From contig CM119264.1 in the NCBI GenBank assembly GCA_051294375.1, positions 10,293,227 through 10,357,167 on the forward strand: DNA of 63,941 nt. Direction: 5' to 3'. The DNA is from Paraspadella gotoi (Eukaryota > Animalia > Chaetognatha). Both the position numbers and the translations under genes were made by a program. Below the pieces are notes generated by a model. It ran no database searches. It was given only the letters and a program-made list of their open reading frames with translations, and had not been told where the DNA came from. Positions 52,596 to 63,941 of this stretch are shown in pieces (the first letter of the stretch is position 1; each line of letters begins with the position of its first letter).

Positions 52596-52793
52596 NNNNN
52601 NNNNNNNNNNNNNNNNNNNNNNNNNNNNNNNNNNNNNNNNNNNNNNNNNNNNNNNNNNNNNNNNNNNNNNNNNNNNNNNNNNNNNNNNNNNNNNNNNNNN
52701 NNNNNNNNNNNNNNNNNNNNNNNNNNNNNNNNNNNNNNNNNNNNNNNNNNNNNNNNNNNNNNNNNNNNNNNNNNNNNNNNNNNNNNNNNNNNN

Positions 52794-52826
<33 letters not shown>

Positions 52827-52963
52827 TTTATAAACACTCCTTTATAGTGTTTTGTTTCTGGTTATAGCGACAGAGGCACCGTTAAACTTCATCCTCCAAA
52901 CAGATTTTTTTTTCTCTTCTCGCGAATCGAATTTGTGTTTGACAACAAAAGGGAAACGAGGAA

Positions 52964-53094
52964 GATGGCGGCTCTCGTCGACAAAAGGGCAATGGGTTTC
53001 GACGAGGCGAGGAGGGAGATAGCGTCGACTATGAATTGGCGAGCGGCTTTGTACTTTAGAAGCGACAACAACAAATTGAAAGCCGGAGTGTTTG
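52964..53094 (+). CDS. Possible first coding exon (MAALVDKRAMGFDEAEEGDSVDYELASGFVL...)
   Basis: ATG in AAGATGGCGG context at 52961-52970 and GTTAGG donor at 53095. One in-frame TAG next to a TTT run. Confidence 0.25.
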
Positions 53095-53609
53095 GTTAGG
53101 AAATAAGACAATGTAATCAGAAAGTCTTATCGGTTTTTCTGAAGCTGCTTACGTATAAAGTGAATCCAGGATTAACATCTGTTATATTTAATTAGAAACC
53201 CAGTGTAGAAAATATTTTAAACAACGTAGTGTTCTAATTCCTGAATACGTCACTAAAAACCCACTCCCCTTAATAAACTAAAAAGACTAACCCGATGACT
53301 ATCTTTCACCGATATTATTTTTAATTTTTACATAAAATTGCAATCCTATGTAGTAGTAAACTTGCAATATTTTAGATCCATATTATCATTTTTACAGAAT
53401 TGAGGAAGTAGTCGCTTAGACCGACCGACCGACCAAAAAACTATGCGCGCGAAAAGGGTGTTTCACGAGGTTTTTGTCACGAACATCACCGACTAAGACG
53501 TCGATGATAATAACAAAGAAAAGGAGCCTCTGATTTCTCTCATCTTTTTCATCGATTTCTTAAGAGTCTCTTTCCTTTCCTCATGTCGCACGATTGTTAT
53601 TATGGGGAG

Positions 53610-53652
<43 letters not shown>

Positions 53653-53665
53653 CGAGAAGAGAAGA

Positions 53666-53706
<41 letters not shown>

Positions 53707-54383
53707 GAGAGAGAGAGAAGAGAGAGAGAGGAGAGAAATGAGAGATGCCTTTATGGATAATGGAATTCGAGAACGCGTTAAAGGACGGAAAAGAATTGAA
53801 AAAGAAAGATAGTTTTGGGTACAAGTTTAATGAGCGATCGGTTTAACGACATTGGGAGATTCCTTTGAAATTCTTCTTCTTTCTCCATTTCGTTGTGAAA
53901 GAGAAAAGGGCGAAATGTGACAGAGAGAGAGAGAGACGAGAGAGAGAGAGAGAGAAGACAGAGAGAGAGAGAGAAGAGAGAGAGAAGAGAGAGAAAGAGA
54001 GAGAGAGAAGATAAGAAGAGAGATCAAAACAAGTGAACATTCTCTTTATCATTTTAAGGTCGGGGGGTCAGTCTTTTTGAAAAGTTTAAATCGTTATTTT
54101 TCTCGCGTTTCAATATATTTTGGGGATTTAATTTTTTTAAATCTTAGGAATTGACGAAAAGTCTGCGGATTTCATCTCCATTCGTTTCTTTGTGCGACGT
54201 CGCTCTGCCCCTTAAGCCCTCGTCGTCTACAACGTGAATAATGAGGACTCTGACCTACGATTTCTCTTTCCTTAATTCAGCTTAAAAGACGTTCTGTTTT
54301 TTTTGTGTTTTTTTTTTCGATTCACAATCAAAACGAATCTCTATTGATTTATTTTACCGATCTTACCTTGTTCAACCATTTTT

Positions 54384-56160
54384 AACTAAATTAATTTTTG
54401 CAAGTTTTCTTTTTATTTTAACCAATTAGATTTTAATTTACGGTATATACTATTAGAACTACCGCTTATATTGGTTGGCGGTTTTTTTACAATAAAGTGA
54501 CGCCCATCGTTCCATACAGAGGTACCACGGACCGTCGGACCCACGGTGTCACCGTACAAGAGTATACCGGTTCTACGGGTCCATGGTCCATGGTCCAACC
54601 TGGACAGAATTTTAAGTTGATATCGATTCCCAGTTCACTCCCATTTCGAATATCGCTTTCTGATCAACGTCTCTCTCCCAAGTTCCACGAATCGCTGGAG
54701 ACTCACTCGCGTTTCACTCGCGGAAGAAGAGATCAGACCGGAAATCAATTGTCTCTCCTCGGGTCATCCGATTCTTCACCGAAGGTTGGCGAGAAAAGGT
54801 CGTAGTAGATCTAGCCGTCTTAACTGTTGGGCAGTTTTTAGGCAACTAGGCTTCGTGGTGTTTAACTTTCTTTTGTTTACTGTCTAATCATAGTTTAACA
54901 AAGGAATGGTTAATCTTTCATAAATGATTTGCCTCCCGTAATGAACTACACCATATCTTTTTTCCCCCGTCTGGTTAAATCGTAAAGTCGAAACTGACAA
55001 CCGTCTCACATTATACCATTCCCTCCCCTTCCTCCTACTCACGAGGGTCAAACTCACGAGGTCAACCTCTCCGCTTTTTCTCTTTTCCTCGAGAGTTCGC
55101 GATCCTATTCGTGCCTTTGTTGGGTTCGCCAAAGGCGGGCGCCGCCTGCCTCAACTCTTTAACCCCCCCTCCTCCGACTCATCCCTTGCTCTCATCCTTT
55201 TCTTCATTATCGCACTCACCCGCCCTACCCACCGCCTCGACGTCACGCCCGTCCCCGGATCCCGGGCGACCCCGTGACCCGCCCCTCTCGACCCGCCGAC
55301 CTCTGACCCTTGCGTCCATGGATCAACGACGCGGTTTGCGTCTAACAAGTTCGGGGAATCAACATTCGACCACCTGAGCGTCGTTGTTCAAATCACGAGA
55401 GAGAAAAAAAAAATTGAGGAAAATGAAGAGGTAGAGGGAGAGTGGGCCGGTGGGCCGGGTGGGCCGAGTGGGGTGGAGAAATGCGCGGTATTTTTTTTCG
55501 TTTTTTGCTTTAGTGAAAAATAGGTATTTGTGTTAGAGAGACAACAACCTTGAGATAAAACTAATTTGGAGGCTCCATCGTTTAAAAAATCTCCGACCTC
55601 GTTCACTGACAGTAGTGAAGTAACAATTAAATTCCAATAAACATCTTCAATGATATTGGTCTCCGAAATAAGAAGAGAATGCCGACCACGGTTTTCATCA
55701 GGATTAAGATGAACTTCCTCATCTCACTTTCCGCGCGAAATTTTCTCGCCAACTTCGGTGAAGAATTCGGATGACCACGAGGAGACAATTGATTTCCGGT
55801 CTGATCTCTTTCGCGCAGATGTGAAACGCGAGTGAGTCTCCAGCGATTCGTGGAACTTGGGAGAGAGACGTTGAATCAGAAAAGCGATATTCGAAATGGG
55901 ATGTGAACTGGGAATCGATATCAACTTAAAATTCTTGTCCAGGTTGGACGATGGACCATGGATCCGTAGAACCGGTATACTCTTGTACGGTGACACCGTG
56001 GGTCCGACGGTCCGTGGTACCTCTGTATGGAACGATGGGCGTCACTGTTATTGTAAAAAAACCGCCAACCAATATAAGCGGTAGTTCTAATAGTATATAC
56101 CGTAAATTAAAATCTAACTTGGTTAAAATAAAAGGAAACTTTGCAAAAATTAATTTAGTT
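54384..56160. repeat. Inverted repeat with ~410-bp arms (54384-54797 / 55740-56160) and ~940-bp spacer
   Basis: e.g. catacagaggtaccacggaccgtcggacccacggtgtcaccgtacaagag vs its reverse complement at ~55980-56029. The right arm runs up to the N gap at 56175. Confidence 0.92.
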
Positions 56161-57309
56161 ATATTGACACAAGANNNNNNNNNNNNNNNNNNNNNNNNNN
56201 NNNNNNNNNNNNNNNNNNNNNNNNNNNNNNNNNNNNNNNNNNNNNNNNNNNNNNNNNNNNNNNNNNNNNNNNNNNNNNNNNNNNNNNNNNNNNNNNNNNN
56301 NNNNNNNNNNNNNNNNNNNNNNNNNNNNNNNNNNNNNNNNNNNNNNNNNNNNNNNNNNNNNNNNNNNNNNNNNNNNNNNNNNNNNNNNNNNNNNNNNNNN
56401 NNNNNNNNNNNNNNTAGACAAGAGAACAAAGGAGAAACCGAAACAGATGCGAGGGAAAAAGTTGATTTCTTTCTCGGAATCGAGTTTTATGGAGTCCGTT
56501 CGTCTCGGGAGAGAAAAGAAGGCGGTTAATCTTCAATAGCGAATCGTTAAATAAATTATCTCTCGTAACGATAAACAATTCTCGGAAGGGGTAGAGACTG
56601 TAACGTCGAGGAATGGATGGCAAAGCCTTTCTTTCTTCGGTTATTCCCCGACTTATGTACGTTTTTTAACTCTTAATCTTTTCATTATATTTTAATAAAG
56701 CTTTTCTTTCCGCGCATGCGCGTGGGAATTTTCTCTTTGCTGTCGACGACGCGACAGAAAGAATCGTTAAGAAGATTAACGATTCGAGAGATAAATTCAT
56801 TCGATGATTGTAAATCGGTGTTCAGGTTTATTATAGTAAAAAGTTTAACATAGCTGCAGACCCGCAGTGGAGTTTTATTATATTGGCATGAATGGAATCT
56901 TTAATTGAACTTTATTACGATTTATTTAAACACAGAACTTCAAATTTAATGACAGCGCGAGGCGATACTGGTGGCATAACCATTTCTTTACCTTTTTAGT
57001 TCTTAACATTATTTCTATTTTCCACGTCACCTCAAACTTCAAAGCCACATTTGAGAAAAACAGCGACGCCTAACGAAGTCCCCCAAACAACGCGAACAAC
57101 GACGACAAAAACGATGAAGACGACGACGACAGCGACGACTACGACGACGTAAACAAGAAATTTGAATTTTTATCGCGCCAAACTGCTGCCAAATCTGTCG
57201 AGGAGAGGTATTTCTAGAATTAAAATCGTGGAAAAAGAGAAAAAATTTTATACCGTATTGCATCAATCAATACCAAAAAGGGGAGAAAAAGGATAAAAAG
57301 TAATTTGCC

Positions 57310-57376
<67 letters not shown>

Positions 57377-57382
<6 letters not shown>

Positions 57383-57625
57383 GGGAGATGTGAGAAGGAG
57401 ACATTGTGAGAATCACAGAGGCAAACATTTCTCCTGAGAAAAAGAGATCTGTCTATAGAGACTGAAAAAGAAAGAGAGAGAAAGAGAGAGAGAGAAGAGG
57501 AAGAGAGAGAGAGAGAGAGAGAGAGAGTTGTGAGAGTGAGAGGAGACATTGTGCAGAATCACAGAGGCAACATTTCTCCTGAGAAAAAGAGATCTATGTC
57601 TATAGAGACAAAAAAGAAAGAGCAG
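57377..57625 (+). repeat. Tandem duplication of an ~100-bp unit (period ~150) between GA tracts
   Basis: ggagacattgtg(c)agaatcacagaggcaa(a)catttctcctgagaaaaagagatct occurs twice. Confidence 0.88.
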
Positions 57626-57732
57626 AGAAAGAGAGAGAGAGAGAGGAAGAGAGAGAGAGAAGAGAGAGAGAGAGAGAAGAGAGAGAGGAGAGAGAAAGAG
57701 AGAAAAGGAGGCCCCGGGGCCCCCCCAAAAAA

Positions 57733-59764
57733 ATATGGTTGACTTTCCCATCCACTATCTCGAGCTGATTGGTCCAGCCGCGACTTCAGCCGCGGACTTT
57801 CCTCGCGGCGGAGTAAGTCCGCCCTTGATTTCGCTCGTCTCGCCGCGAAAGGAAGAGGATTTCTCCTCCTCTCTCTGTTTTTCGGCTCCTCCTTTCCGAT
57901 CCTCATTCGCGGTCTAAGCTCTCGAATTTCGGGCAGGAAATTTATGACTTCTCATGTGAAAATATTTTTTTTCAATGTGCCAATTTTTCAAAAAGAGGGA
58001 AAACTAACTTACAAACAAAGTATTGGGTTAATGTGAATTTTCTGAAAGATTTAATAAAAAAATTTTAACTAAAATTAAGTTACTTTTGTAATTCTGACTA
58101 TAATTTTACCCCCAGCAAATGACTGAGAGAATCATTGTTATTATTTCTATCCTTACTTAAAATATCTATGTTGCAAATTAAAGTTTAAAATATTATTCAA
58201 TGACAATAAAAATATCAGTTACTTTTTTCATATATCATTAAATAATAATTAATGCTTAGCCTTAAATTAAAGCTTAATACCGTATTCTCTTCGCCAGTCT
58301 GGACCTGGTGCAATTTTCCCCCTGTCTTTTGTCTGGAATGCTGAAAGTGTTTAGAGAGGTTCGCATTCGAAAGCCCCACGGCTAAAAATTAAAACAAAAG
58401 TTTATTCTATAATGTCATACCCAGACTTGCTTTATAGTTATGTATGGTAAACACGCCAATAAGTAAAATTATAAAATATAATTGACTTTCATTTTATATT
58501 ATTAGACTCGCTTTTTGAAATACTTGTTAATTTGATGAAGGCTTGGACTAAAACTGAAACATGTCTGTTTTTATGTCTAATACAAGAAATCGTTTGTTAA
58601 CAAAAAATAATGTTTCTCTAAAGATGAAAGTAACTAAAAAGCAACAAGTATTGAAGAGAAACATTATTATGGCTGTATTGAACAGAAATTTTTCCAAAAT
58701 TTGTTTTATAGAACTTTTTTTTAATTGTTTTTCCATCAAGATAAAATTGATAAAAAATATATTACAACTAATAAAATAATAAAACTTAGTACAACCAATA
58801 GAAAATTATTCATCTATAAAAAATTGTAGAAAAAAGGTAGAAAAAAGTATCAATCACCGGTGCCGCTAGTCCGTTGTAAGGGAAAACTCGTGAAACAATT
58901 AAATGCTGATTCTTTATTTAGTTTATTGCCAGATCATAAACGTCAATCTCTCTCAATTGATTTAAACTCTTCTTCTCTTAAAAAGCTCTTAGTCTTTAGT
59001 GCATTAAAGTAAAATAACTTAATTCTTTTTTTAATAAAAATAAAAATGTATTCATAATTAGGTAAATGCTATAATGAGTGTAAATGCAATGAGATTTTTA
59101 AAAGATTAAAAAACACAATGTGGAAAAAACCGCTGAAAATCACTTCTGAAAACACTGTTGAAAATAAAATTCCTGCTGAAAACACACACACCTACTGAAC
59201 GCTACTCTTGAACTGAACTGAACACAACAACTAAACCCAACGTCTTAAATATCTTTTTCTCACTTAGTATCAAAAGCCGGAGGAGACCCTGCAATAAACT
59301 TAAAAAAAATATTCACATTTCGCGAGATTTAGTTACAATCTTTAACTTTCATTGGATTGTGTGAAAAGTAAGGCTCATACACTTTTTTATCGATAAAATT
59401 ATCTAAATATTTTGGGTTACAGTAAATCCATTGTTTAACACATTCATTTTATAAATCTTATAATTACTGGTTGTTATTTGAGTGATAAAGAAAATTATTG
59501 TATAAAGAAGTGAAATAGCAAAAACTAAGAGAAATTTAGGAAGAGAGAGAAAAAGACGAGCGGTATTTTTCGTGAGTCATTCGCAGCCTAGACCGCGACG
59601 ATGTCGCCCGTCGGTAGAGAAAGGAAAGAGAATCTCGCTCATTGTTTTTCGAGGTCAAACGACGCGGATGACCTCCGACCTTCGATCCGCGGTAAGAGAG
59701 TAGGAGGCGGAAGGAGAGGAAGCCTTTGGTCGTCTCGCGGCTCGGTCGATTGTCGACCAACCAT
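57733..59764. mobile_element. Putative non-autonomous dispersed element embedded in (GA)n, locus 2
   Basis: Terminal ATGGTTG (57735-57741) and CAACCAT (59758-59764). Diverged homology to 12560-15138 at both ends and at 58535-58590. AT-rich interior with CTGAAAA repeats at 59130-59225. Confidence 0.65.
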
Positions 59765-59796
59765 GAAGAGAAAGAGAGAAGAGAGAGAGAGAGAGA

Positions 59797-59833
<37 letters not shown>

Positions 59834-60780
59834 GAGAGAGAGAGAGAGAAGAAAGGAAGAAGCCGACAGAAATGCGGAAATAAAAGGATGTGATGGTCGT
59901 CATTCGATGTCTATTCGAATTCATATTTTTTTCGTCTTTCGCGGGAAAATGAAGGAAACGCGGAAAAGAAGAGAAAAAAAATTTAAAAGCAAAAAAAAAA
60001 TGGGAGAAAAAGTAGAAGAGGCTTTCATCTTTCTCTGTCTTTTCCTCCGTACATCTCTTCGCATTTAAATCTCTTATTTCTCATCCTTTATTTCCTTTTT
60101 TTTACTTCCCCCCTTTTTTTCCTTTTTTTCTCTCGTTGTCTCCCTTTCTCTTTCTCTCTTTCTCTCTTTCTCTCTTTCCTTTTCGCCTTCTTTTTCCGAA
60201 GCTGGCGTAAATTTGTCGTAAATCTCTTTTAAGGCTTTGCTCTCCCGAAGCGTTTGTAGAATTAAATCTTGAGTTATAAATCCCCGACCCCTCCCGGGCC
60301 ATTCTCCAACTTCCCGGGCGAATCTCCCAAATTTATTCTCAGATTTCCCGACAAATCTAGACTAGATTTTTCTGTCGAAACGCGGATCACGCAGCCGCCA
60401 AATGACGTGTTAGAACACGAATCTTTCCTTTAGCGCTCCACTTACTGGTTAACGCTTCGAGTTCGACTCCTTGATAATATTTCTTCTTTTTTTTTCGCCC
60501 GCCTCCCTCTCATCGCTAATAGTCACTTGCAATTAAAATAGCATTTAGACTATATATATACTAAACTAAACTAGCAAATATTATTCGACGTAATTTGTTA
60601 AAGTTTCGATCTCCGCTCATCTCTACCGATAAGTTCACCCTCGACTCCTCGACCCCTACCCTCTTAATATTCCCCTTCGATCCCCACTTTCTCTCCTTCC
60701 CTCGCCCATTCCCTCCCTAAATTATCCCCGCCCCTTTCTCCGCCCTTCTAATCCTAAATAAACATTCGCCGATCCGCGAA

Positions 60781-60990
60781 CCTTGAACGCCGAAGAGCAA
60801 ACTTTCCCGCTTTTTCCTCTTTGATCCGGAGTTTAAATTTCGAGCGCAAAAAAAAAGCATAGCAGGCAAAGCGGCGTCGGTTCGGCGTTGGGGCGGCGTT
60901 GGAGCGGCGACGGGCAGGAGGCGAGGCGGCGACGGGCAGGCGGCGGGGCGGCGTCGGCTGCATCGAGGCGGAGTCGATGTTTTCACCTCC
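60781..60990 (-). CDS. Candidate GC-rich Pro/Arg/Ala exon, product unknown
   Basis: GC island with two open minus-strand frames (60717..60986, 60754..60963) and an AAG|GTTCGC donor-like site. Boundaries are approximate. Confidence 0.25.
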
Positions 60991-61628
60991 TTCTCTAATG
61001 CGCGTCGCTATGAGCCGACATCCCGGTGTCCGTCCTACCCACGCTGTTCCGTCCCAAGCTTCAAAACTGTCCCAACAGACTAAGCGTCTCGAACTTACCT
61101 TAAACTTACCTTAAACCGTCATCCCTCACCGACCCTTAATCTCACACCCCGACCGATTCAACTCCCCTCACACATTCTCTCCATCCCGAGTGAAAGCCCC
61201 ACTCTTAGCTCCTCACTCCTTCACTNNNNNNNNNNNNNNNNNNNNNNNNNNNNNNNNNNNNNNNNNNNNNNNNNNNNNNNNNNNNNNNNNNNNNNNNNNN
61301 NNNNNNNNNNNNNNNNNNNNNNNNNNNNNNNNNNNNNNNNNNNNNNNNNNNNNNNNNNNNNNNNNNNNNNNNNNNNNNNNNNNNNNNNNNNNNNNNNNNN
61401 NNNNNNNNNNNNNNNNNNNNNNNNNNNNNNNNNNNNNNNNNNNNNNNNNNNNNNNNNNNNNNNNNNNNNNAAAAAAAAAAGAAAAAGAAAGAAAAAGGGG
61501 AAAATCTCCTTCTTAAAAACTCGAGCCTCACCCAGTTTCTCGGTTTAACGCGGATTCGGAAAGGGTCAGCTTTTTTAAAGCACCTTTGTCCCTCTCGTAC
61601 CCGGGGTGCTTTGGTTGTAGCCAATAAA

Positions 61629-61660
<32 letters not shown>

Positions 61661-61967
61661 NNNNNNNNNNNNNNNNNNNNNNNNNNNNNNNNNNNNNNNN
61701 NNNNNNNNNNNNNNNNNNNNNNNNNNNNNNNNNNNNNNNNNNNNNNNNNNNNNNNNNNNNNNNNNNNNNNNNNNNNNNNNNNNNNNNNNNNNNNNNNNNN
61801 NNNNNNNNNNNNNNNNNNNNNNNNNNNNNNNNNNNNNNNNNNNNNNNNNNNNNTTCTCTCCCTCTTTTATTAATCAAAATTCATCGCATGCTTGTTTTTG
61901 TCTTAGATATTCGGCCTCACAGGAGAAAATGCTGCGTCCATAACGGCGGCTAGTCCGCCTCCGCTCT

Positions 61968-62100
61968 GCGCCAATCAATCCACTCTTTTTTTTTATTTCC
62001 CTTTGCGCCAATCAATTACGAATTTTTTTTCTACTTTTTTTCCCTTTGCGCCAATTTGTTTTTTCCCTTTTTTTTCTTCATTTTTTCCCTCCGCGCCAAT
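61968..62100 (+). promoter_or_regulatory. Four copies of GCGCCAAT (CCAAT/E2F-like) spaced 37, 43 and 45 bp
   Basis: Occurrences at 61968, 62005, 62048 and 62093 in T-rich background. Function is inferred only. Confidence 0.3.
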
Positions 62101-62730
62101 TTATTGCGACGTTTTTCATTCTCCTAAGCCTCACGATTTTTTTTTCTTCCTTTATTATCTACTTTTTTCATGTTCTGGAAGTATTGTCTTTATTTTTTTT
62201 AATTTATAGTATTTTTCTCATTCTTTATTTCTTCCGTTTTCTTTAATAAAGAAGAACAAACTTTTTTCTTTCCCTCAACATGTTCTATGCGTTCGCTTTT
62301 GAATAACTTATTTGGTTATTAATTTTATAACAATGCTCTCCTCTCAAAATAGCTTTCTCTTGTTTTCACCCTNNNNNNNNNNNNNNNNNNNNNNNNNNNN
62401 NNNNNNNNNNNNNNNNNNNNNNNNNNNNNNNNNNNNNNNNNNNNNNNNNNNNNNNNNNNNNNNNNNNNNNNNNNNNNNNNNNNNNNNNNNNNNNNNNNNN
62501 NNNNNNNNNNNNNNNNNNNNNNNNNNNNNNNNNNNNNNNNNNNNNNNNNNNNNNNNNNNNNNNNNNNNNNNNNNNNNNNNNNNNNNNNNNNNNNNNNNNN
62601 NNNNNNNNNNNNNNNNNNNNNNNNNNNNNNNNNNNNNNNNNNNNNNNNNNNNNNNNNNNNNNNNNNNNNNNNNNNNNNNNNNNNNNNNNNNNNNNNNNNN
62701 NNNNNNNNNNNNNNNNNNNNNNNNNNNNNN

Positions 62731-62988
62731 ATTTCCATTTTCTCATTGCAATAAAAGTGTCAGAGGCAGAGGAAGGCGTCTGGGTTTGTGGTCGGACGCC
62801 GGCGGCGGAGGCCTTGGTGGCGCCGGCGGTGTGGTTCGCCGCTGGCGCCGCCAGGGCTTCGGGCGTGTCGAATTTAATGGAAGCGGCGTCGGAGGCGGAA
62901 GGCGGAAGTGGCAGCGCAGGCGTCGGAGCAGGGAAGGCGGAAATGGCATCAGAGGTGGCGGGGAAGGTATCAAAGGGGAAGGGATGAA
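62731..62988 (-). CDS. Candidate Pro/Ala/Ser-rich exon running into an N gap
   Basis: Acceptor CTTTGACTTTCTTCGTCAG| then stop-free HPFPFDTFPATSDAISAFPAPTPALPLPPSASDAASIKFDTPEALAAPAANHTAG... to the gap. Confidence 0.4.
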
Positions 62989-63941
62989 CTGACGAAGAAA
63001 GTCAAAGGAGGGAGATTAAGATAACGGAGGCAGGGACGAGTTTGGACGGTGGAGAGATCTAAGAAAGAAGGCTGCTGCTGCAGCAGCGGCTGTTGTGCTG
63101 CGGACAACAGAGCCGAGAAATGGGGAGGAAAGTGACGAAGGAAAATGTCAAAGTGGGTAATGAGAAGGGAGTGATCCGGTCGGTGGGAGGGTGCGAGCTA
63201 TTTGAGGAGGAGGGAGCGAAGGCAGAGAGACTTGGGGGCGGGGTGAAGTCTTGAGGGGCGGGGGATAGGCTAAGACGGAAGGACGAGAAGCAAGCGCGGC
63301 AAAAGCTAACGACCCTTTGTTTATCATCGCCTCTTTGGCCACAAAAAGAGAAGGAAGAAACTTAGACCCATTAGGCGAGAAAGAAGGAAAAGAGAAAAAA
63401 ATAGGAAGAAAGGAAAGAAATCAAGGAACGACGCGAGCAATCAAGAAAAAAACAAAAAGGAGAGAATGAAAGGAGGAAACAAAAAAAAACAGACATCGAA
63501 GAGAAACGAGAAATGAAGAAAAACCAAACAAACTGGAAAAGAAAAAAAAAAACTAGAAAAAGAGGAATAGACTAAAACGGCCGAGCGTCTAATCGGGCTA
63601 GTACCATTCTCGAGAAGGGTGCAAGCTAGCAAGCGGAAACTGCAAGCAAGCAAGTGGCCTTTCTTAAGATATGGCTCGAACGCCACCAAGCCGTGGAAGA
63701 GATACGGAAGAATCGAGCAAGCAAAGAGGATGAGCAAGCATCAAGCGAAAAATTTGGTTTTTATCCTCTGCTTTTGTTTTTGTTTTCTCATTCCTGACTT
63801 CCGAAAGCCTTTCATTAAACATTTCCTCTTCTTTCCTTTTTTTTTTAATCTTTTTTTCGTGGCTTTTTTGTTCTTTTTCTTTATCTAAGGCGAGAAGCGA
63901 ATCTCTTTCTCCTCTATCTCTCTCACTCTCTCTCTGTCTCT

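Noticed and set aside
60790-60880. Zinc-finger-like FAC..CARN on the minus strand
   Set aside because: Requires a frameshift and lacks the histidines.
70-63888. Dozens of RERE/SLSL/KKER/FFSF ORFs in the track
   Set aside because: They are translations of GA, GAAA and GAA microsatellites or of N runs, which lack stops by composition.

Overview
This is low-quality eukaryotic draft-assembly sequence, probably from an invertebrate animal (inferred from GT-AG introns, an Ig-superfamily-like gene and dense GA/GAAA/GAC/GCC microsatellites). It is not prokaryotic. Most ORFs in the six-frame track are microsatellite translations (RERE/SLSL/KKER). Much of the large-scale structure looks like long-read gap-filling artefact: four gaps of exactly 25 N each sit at the edge of a duplication (a 13,411-bp-offset apparently identical tandem copy, two indel-noisy copies, and an ~8.2-kb fold-back). 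Probably real features: a minus-strand multi-exon Ig-domain gene (38.6-40.6 kb), several fragmentary spliced genes of unknown product, a 616-bp TA-flanked fold-back MITE (31910-32525), and a 2.0-2.6-kb non-coding dispersed element with short ATGGTTG inverted ends that lies inside (GA)n tracts at two unrelated loci, which is the best candidate for something undescribed. I found no RNA genes, CRISPR arrays, intact transposases or novel multi-gene system. All alignments were done by eye.
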